Of a stretch of DNA of 24,000 nucleotides, positions 19,385 through 24,000 are shown piece after piece. Positions within the stretch are counted from its first letter, which is position 1. Every line of letters begins with the position of its first letter. The position numbers and the translations under genes were made by a program. The stretch covers positions 2,861,174-2,885,173 of the forward strand of contig NC_018584.1 of assembly GCF_000307025.1 (NCBI RefSeq), read 5' to 3'. Source of the DNA: Listeria monocytogenes ATCC 19117 (lineage in GTDB: Bacteria > Bacillota > Bacilli > Lactobacillales > Listeriaceae). The notes beneath the pieces were generated by a model. That model worked only from the letters and a program-made list of their open reading frames with translations, was not told where the DNA came from and did no database searches.

Positions 19385-19413
19385 TTTCCGCATCTGTATT
19401 TTACATGCGGAAA
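19385..19413. promoter_or_regulatory. Inverted repeat upstream of the PTS IIC gene (candidate operator for the adjacent LicR-type regulator)
   Basis: TTTCCGCAT (19385-19393), 11 nt, ATGCGGAAA (19405-19413). The arms are perfect 9-bp repeats. No T-tract follows on either strand, so it is not an obvious terminator. Confidence 0.4.
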
Positions 19414-19460
19414 TAAAAAAAGGCCCGTTAACTTTTCTCTCTAAGAAAGTCTAACGAACC
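19414..19460 (-). terminator. Rho-independent terminator of the LicR-type regulator gene
   Basis: On the minus strand, GGUUCGUUA (19460-19452) pairs with UAACGGGCC (19430-19422) using two G-U pairs. There is an inner helix, and the stem is followed by TTTTTTT. Confidence 0.7.
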
Positions 19461-19466
19461 TTTTGG

Positions 19467-21383
19467 TTATATCGTTTGTAACACACGCATAAATTCTTCA
19501 AAACTTGTCACACGTTTTAGCTCTCCCATTGCTTTTGGACTTTCTACTAAATTGCTAATAAGCTCATACACCGTCGCAAGCTGCTGTTGTTGCTTGTTTT
19601 TTACCGCTAACATGAAAATCACTTGTGCCTGATCTTCCTCATTCCACTTTACCCCACCGCCAGTAAAAATACATACTCCAATAGCTGTTTCTTGGACGTT
19701 TGCTTCAATTGGGTGTGGTGCCGCAAGTCCATTACCTAAATAAGTCGGCACAATTTCTTCGCGCTCAAAAAGTGATGGTAAATAGTCCTCGCCAACAATA
19801 TTATTTTCCAGCAAAAGACTCGCTAAATCTACCAGAACTTGCTCTTTGTCCTTTTTATCACTAATTAAGAATAACGATTCCTTAAAAACCTTGTCCACTT
19901 CAAATTGGTTCTTCGTCTCATCTTGCTTCATTAACGCAGTGATATTACGAATATCCGCCTTTGTCAAAAATGGCGATACTTGAATAAATGGATGTAACTT
20001 CATTCGCAGTGGTACTGTAGAGATAACAAAGTCACATGCCGTTCCACTCTGCTCATATTCTTTAAATGAGTACACGCCGACTATTTCAAGCGTATTCTCA
20101 AACTCTTTTCGTACTTTAGATTCCAAAAGTTGCGACGTCCCTAAACCAGAAGCACAAACAATCAATACTTTTTGCTTCTCAGACCCTATTTCCTTATCTA
20201 AGCCATACAAAAAGTGAATAGCCAAATATCCTACTTCCGCTTCGTCTACATTTGTTTTTAACTCCTGCTCAAGGACTTCTTTAGCAACCAACCCTAATTC
20301 AAAAGCTAGTGGATAATTAGCTTTTAGATTTTTTAAATACGGGTTTTGTATATTCATATTAAATTTAATTCTGTTAATAGCTGGCTTTAAATGCAAAGCG
20401 ATATTGGAAATCATTTTCTGGTCTTGCTTAAAATCATAACCGTACAGCTCTTTAATCTTTTCTAACATCTTATCCACGATGATATATTCTCGGTAATTAT
20501 TAAAGTCACTTTTTCTGTTTTTCGAACTAAGGTGTAGCAGCAGATAGGCAGTCTCACTTTCCGGGAAACGAATTCCTTCTGAAAGATCTATTTCTTTTAT
20601 AATACCTTGAGCCGCCCTTAATTCCGGCATACTAAATTCAATATCCTCCAAATCTGTTGCAGGTACATAACAATTATCTTTTACACGACATACAGCAATT
20701 GCGATATGAATAATCAAATTTTTAACTGAAATGTCCGTCATGTGAATATTATATTTCGCTATATTAGAAACGACAATCTGCTCCATCATTTCCAAATTAA
20801 CTTCTCCAAAAAAATTTATTTCTGTTTCTGTAATAAGCGGGCTTGTAGATTCCACTAACAAATATCTTGAAAAGCAAAATCGGATAGCAAGTTCTGCACC
20901 AGTAATTCTAATGCCATAGCCAGCCCGTTTTTCCACTTTCAACTCATTTTCTTTGAGTTTTCGTTTCACTTCTAAAATATCCAAGTTTATCGTAGACTTA
21001 CTAACAAAAAGCTCTTCTGACAACGTCTCCAGCTTTACATAGTCATTTTTGAGTAATAAATATCGAATAATATAATCTGCTCTATCCTCTGCAAACATCG
21101 GTACAATATTCATATTAGCTCTTCCTATCGAATCGTCCAAAAGAGCTTCACGCAGCGCTTTTTCATCACCAATGACCAGACGATATCCTACACCAGGAAG
21201 TGATTCGATTCTGTTTCCGCCTATCATCAGTATTTGATTAATTACTTTAATATCATTTCTAATTGTCCGAGGGTTAACAGCTAATGCCTCCCCTAATTCT
21301 CCACCGCTAATAAACTCCATCTTCAAATAAAGCATATGAACTATTTGTTTCCATCTAGGTAATGATAATTTTGAAGCACTCAC
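19467..21383 (-). CDS. LicR/CelR-type PRD-containing transcriptional regulator (HTH, 2 PRDs, EIIB-like and EIIA-like domains)
   Basis: 638 aa. N-terminal winged HTH (GGELGEALAVNPRTIRNDIKVIN), two PRDs (..LIIHIAIAV.., ..YLAIHFL..), an EIIB-like Cys motif (VLIVCASGLGTSQLL) and an EIIA(Mtl/Fru)-like His motif (GNGLAAPHP). GTG start with RBS GAGGAGTGGAG upstream. Confidence 0.9.
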   Translation of the reverse strand: MSASKLSLPRWKQIVHMLYLKMEFISGGELGEALAVNPRTIRNDIKVINQILMIGGNRIESLPGVGYRLVIGDEKALREALLDDSIGRANMNIVPMFAEDRADYIIRYLLLKNDYVKLETLSEELFVSKSTINLDILEVKRKLKENELKVEKRAGYGIRITGAELAIRFCFSRYLLVESTSPLITETEINFFGEVNLEMMEQIVVSNIAKYNIHMTDISVKNLIIHIAIAVCRVKDNCYVPATDLEDIEFSMPELRAAQGIIKEIDLSEGIRFPESETAYLLLHLSSKNRKSDFNNYREYIIVDKMLEKIKELYGYDFKQDQKMISNIALHLKPAINRIKFNMNIQNPYLKNLKANYPLAFELGLVAKEVLEQELKTNVDEAEVGYLAIHFLYGLDKEIGSEKQKVLIVCASGLGTSQLLESKVRKEFENTLEIVGVYSFKEYEQSGTACDFVISTVPLRMKLHPFIQVSPFLTKADIRNITALMKQDETKNQFEVDKVFKESLFLISDKKDKEQVLVDLASLLLENNIVGEDYLPSLFEREEIVPTYLGNGLAAPHPIEANVQETAIGVCIFTGGGVKWNEEDQAQVIFMLAVKNKQQQQLATVYELISNLVESPKAMGELKRVTSFEEFMRVLQTI

Positions 21384-21428
21384 GCAGCTCCACTCCTCAC
21401 GACAATTAATTTAAGCTATTTCATCTTG

Positions 21429-21457
21429 ATTATAAGCCTATCACCTGATAACGACAA
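21429..21457 (-). promoter_or_regulatory. Candidate sigma-A promoter of the LicR-type regulator gene
   Basis: On the minus strand: TTGTCG (21457-21452), a 17-nt spacer, then a consensus TATAAT (21434-21429). Confidence 0.55.
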
Positions 21458-21538
21458 GTCTTCCAGAAATAGTAGCAAGTATTTCGATAAAAAGCAATAT
21501 CGTTAAAAATGCCTTTACTCCAATCTTCTAGTCCAAAA

Positions 21539-21554
21539 AGTTTCACGTGAAACA
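21539..21554. other. parS-type site (AGTTTCACGTGAAACA; 14-bp palindromic core intact)
   Basis: 15 of 16 matches to the perfect sites at 13659 and 13820. It lies immediately next to the kat terminator. Confidence 0.7.
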
Positions 21555-21590
21555 TAAAAAAGCGAAAACCCTAAAAAGGATTTTCGCTTT
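21555..21590 (-). terminator. Rho-independent terminator of kat
   Basis: On the minus strand: AAAGCGAAAA, loop, TTTTCGCTTT, followed by TTTATG. The 10-bp stem starts 3 nt after the kat stop. Confidence 0.8.
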
Positions 21591-21593
21591 GAT

Positions 21594-23060
21594 TTATTTT
21601 AAATCTGCTACATGTGCTTCGAGATTAACACCAGTTCCCGCAGCCACTCGACTAGCGAATTCCGGATCTACTTGATAGAAATTACGTAAGTTGCGGATTT
21701 TAATATCATCACGTACTTGTGACCAATCATCGACAATGTTTTTCACGAGTGCAGCACGTTCTGCATCTGAATAACGATCCCATACTTCTTTTGCATGGCC
21801 AAAGTTATTTGGTTTTTCTGCAATCAGGCGCCCAGAAATATCACCACGGATTTCTTGCTCTGGCTCGATAAACGCTGGATTTTCTTTTGGTTCTGTATCG
21901 TAACTATTTGGCTCATAATTAATCGAACTTGTTTGTTGTTTAAACGGCATATGACCGTCACGTTGGTTGTTCGCGACAGGCGCTTTCGGACTGTTAATTG
22001 GGAGTTGTAAGTAGTTTGGCCCTACACGATGTCTTTGCGTATCTGAGTAAGAGAATAAACGACCTTGCAATAAACGGTCTTCAGAAGGAAGCATTCCACG
22101 TACAAGTACCCCAGGATTAAAACCAACCGATTCTGTCTCCGCAAAAATATTATCTGGGTTGCGGTCAAGCGTCATTGTTCCTACGTGTTCATAAGGAAAT
22201 ACATCTTCAAACCAATCTTTTGTTGCATCTAATGGATTAAAATCAAAGTTATCCAAGTCTTTCGGATCCAACACTTGCACATATAAATCCCACTCTGGAT
22301 AGTCTCCATTTTCAATTGCTTCATACAAATCACGACTTGCATGGTTAAATTCTTTTGCTTGAATTTGAGAAGCTTGCTCCGTCGAAAGGTTCACTATTCC
22401 CGCTTTTGGAATCCAGCGCAGTTTTACATAAACTGTTTTGCCTTCTTCGTTAATCCATTTGAACGCATGAACACTAGAGCCACGTATTTCGCGGTAAGAA
22501 GCCGGCGTTCCTTCATCACTGAATAAGTACATAATCATCGTCGTAGCTTCCGGTGTAAGGCTAAAGAAATCCCAGTAACGGTTGCCATCTTGAATATTTG
22601 TGCGTGGATCAGGCTTCAAGGAATGAATAACATCCGGAAACTTAATCGCATCACGAATGAAGAATACCGGCAAATTATTTCCGACAAAATCATAATTCCC
22701 TTCTTCTGTATAAAACTTAACGGAGAAACCGCGTGGATCACGTAATGTTTCTGGAGAATGTTGCCCATGAATTACTGTTGAAAAACGAGCAAAAACCTCC
22801 GTTTCCGTTCCTTCTTCTTGCAAAAATTTAGCCATTGTATATTTTTTCATGCTTTTCTTAGTGACAAATTTCCCGTGAGCACCAGCACCACGAGCATGTA
22901 CAACCCGTTCTGGTACTCGCTCTCTATCAAAATGTGCCAATTTCTCAATAAGCACATAATCTTCTATCAAAGTTGGTCCTTTACGTCCCGCTGTCATCGA
23001 ATTTTGGTTATCACCAACTGGCACACCTTGATTCGTCGTTAAATTTTTTCTATCTGTCAT
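21594..23060 (-). CDS. kat: Monofunctional heme catalase
   Basis: Catalase active-site signature FDRERVPERVVHARGAGAHG and proximal heme-ligand signature RLFSYSDTQRHRVGPNY are present. The preferred start is MTDRKNL (ATG 23060) with RBS GGAGG 9 nt upstream. The track ORF adds 7 codons. Confidence 0.96.
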   Translation of the reverse strand: MTDRKNLTTNQGVPVGDNQNSMTAGRKGPTLIEDYVLIEKLAHFDRERVPERVVHARGAGAHGKFVTKKSMKKYTMAKFLQEEGTETEVFARFSTVIHGQHSPETLRDPRGFSVKFYTEEGNYDFVGNNLPVFFIRDAIKFPDVIHSLKPDPRTNIQDGNRYWDFFSLTPEATTMIMYLFSDEGTPASYREIRGSSVHAFKWINEEGKTVYVKLRWIPKAGIVNLSTEQASQIQAKEFNHASRDLYEAIENGDYPEWDLYVQVLDPKDLDNFDFNPLDATKDWFEDVFPYEHVGTMTLDRNPDNIFAETESVGFNPGVLVRGMLPSEDRLLQGRLFSYSDTQRHRVGPNYLQLPINSPKAPVANNQRDGHMPFKQQTSSINYEPNSYDTEPKENPAFIEPEQEIRGDISGRLIAEKPNNFGHAKEVWDRYSDAERAALVKNIVDDWSQVRDDIKIRNLRNFYQVDPEFASRVAAGTGVNLEAHVADLK

Positions 23061-23099
23061 ATGTATATACCTCCATAACAATTCTATATCATTTTTTAT

Positions 23100-23114
23100 T
23101 TGTAATAATTATTA
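23100..23114. promoter_or_regulatory. Candidate PerR/Fur-family box in the kat promoter
   Basis: TTGTAATAATTATTA against the 7-1-7 PerR box TTATAATNATTATAA, with 2 mismatches. It lies about 40 nt upstream of the kat start, and a TATAAAT -10-like element sits just upstream on the minus strand. Confidence 0.5.
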
Positions 23115-23168
23115 AATGATACTATTTATATTTTAAAGAAGGAAGAGACAAACTTCAACTAAAAGGCT

Positions 23169-23204
23169 TAAAAAAGAACAGACGACCTAATTCATCGTCT
23201 GTTC
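23169..23204 (-). terminator. Rho-independent terminator of the DUF951 gene
   Basis: On the minus strand: GAACAGACGA, 9-nt loop, TCGTCTGTTC, followed by TTTTTTAA. Arms are at 23176-23185 and 23195-23204. Confidence 0.85.
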
Positions 23205-23208
23205 CCTA

Positions 23209-23412
23209 TTATTGTTCAGCTTTAACTAAAATTTTCTTCACTTTTCGTTCGAACTCGCGGCGGGGGATCATCACACTATGACCACAACCTTCGCACTTAA
23301 TCCGAATATCCATCCCCATGCGTATAATCTTAAATCGATTGGTACCACAAGGATGAGGCTTTTTCATTTCCACAATATCATTTAAATCGAAATGCTTTTT
23401 TTCCATAAACAT
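23209..23412 (-). CDS. DUF951-family small protein (YyzM-like), CxxC...CxxC zinc-ribbon-like
   Basis: About 66 aa. It contains HPCGTNRF and CEGCGH motifs typical of the small conserved protein found next to parB in Bacilli. The start is ambiguous among GTG 23415, ATG 23412 and ATG 23406. Confidence 0.8.
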   Translation of the reverse strand: MFMEKKHFDLNDIVEMKKPHPCGTNRFKIIRMGMDIRIKCEGCGHSVMIPRREFERKVKKILVKAEQ

Positions 23413-23418
23413 CACAAC

Positions 23419-24000
23419 CTATTCATCATCAAACTGAATATCTAAAATCTCTAAAATGCGATCTAAATCATCATCAGATAAAAATTCAATTTCAATTTTA
23501 CCTTTTTTATCGCGACGTTTAATCGAGACAGCCGTACCAAATTTATCACGTAATTGGCTTTCGCTTTCACGGATAAAGATAGGAACTCTAGCCGGCTTAA
23601 TTGTTTCACGTGAAACATTTTCATTTAGATTATTAACCACATCTTCTAATTGTCGTACTGTCAGCCCTTGCGCCACAGCTTTTTTAGCCGTTGGGATAAT
23701 ATTTTTCTTAAGTTTCAAACCTAGTAACACTCGGCCATGTCCAGCTGACAATGAGCCATCACGTAACATTACTTGAACTTCTTCAGGTAATGTCAAAAGA
23801 CGAACAAAGTTAGCGATATATGGTCTACTTTTCCCAACGCGTTCTGCTAATTTTGCTTGCGTTAAGCCCAATTTTTTCATAAGGAACTGATATGATTCCG
23901 CTTCTTCAAGTGGAGATAAATCTTCGCGTTGTAAGTTTTCAATGACAGAAAGCTCCATCATTTCTTCTTCCGTTAAATCACGTACAACTGCTGGGATTTC
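23419..24000 (-). CDS. parB: Chromosome partitioning protein ParB/Spo0J, 3' part (N-terminus lies beyond the window end)
   Basis: The frame is open to position 24000 (..EIPAVVRDLTEEEMMELSVIENLQREDLSPLEEA..). It has the ParB HTH GLTQAKLAERVGKSRPYIANFVRLL and a C-terminal dimerisation region KGKIEIEF. It carries an internal parS, as spo0J does. Noc cannot be fully excluded from the partial sequence. Confidence 0.85.
   Translation of the reverse strand, partial: EIPAVVRDLTEEEMMELSVIENLQREDLSPLEEAESYQFLMKKLGLTQAKLAERVGKSRPYIANFVRLLTLPEEVQVMLRDGSLSAGHGRVLLGLKLKKNIIPTAKKAVAQGLTVRQLEDVVNNLNENVSRETIKPARVPIFIRESESQLRDKFGTAVSIKRRDKKGKIEIEFLSDDDLDRILEILDIQFDDE
23602..23617. other. parS site inside parB (perfect TGTTTCACGTGAAACA)
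   Basis: Perfect 16-bp palindrome encoding ..NVSRET.. of ParB. This parallels the intragenic parS of B. subtilis spo0J. Confidence 0.85.

Overview
Low-GC Firmicute chromosomal segment. Gene content and order match my recollection of the origin-proximal end of a Listeria (monocytogenes/innocua group) chromosome; this should be confirmed by BLAST. Order along the window: partial ABC ATPase (-); gshF (+); a beta-glucoside operon on the minus strand (BglG/LicT-type antiterminator, PTS EIIBCA, GH1 6-phospho-beta-glucosidase) with two RAT/terminator riboregulators; an AT-rich accessory island encoding a lactococcin-972-family bacteriocin, its large membrane protein, a dedicated ABC ATPase and a small translationally coupled ORF (-); a Bcr/CflA-type MFS efflux gene (+) preceded by a roughly 600-bp leader with a candidate leader peptide; an orphan membrane protein (-); ychF (-); a cellobiose-type PTS operon (IIC, IIB, cytoplasmic GH3 beta-glucosidase, IIA) with a LicR-type PRD regulator (-); catalase with a candidate PerR box (-); a DUF951 protein (-); and the 3' part of parB (-). 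Five parS-type 16-mers (core GTTTCACGTGAAAC) are scattered through the window, two inside coding sequence and two only 161 bp apart. This marks the ParB-loading, origin-proximal centromere region. No rRNA, tRNA, CRISPR array, transposase or integrase was seen. The bacteriocin island is the best candidate for accessory or novel biology. It appears equivalent to the lmo2774-lmo2776 locus, so the family is known, but the fourth small ORF, the pro-region-like extension and the intercistronic hairpin deserve attention.
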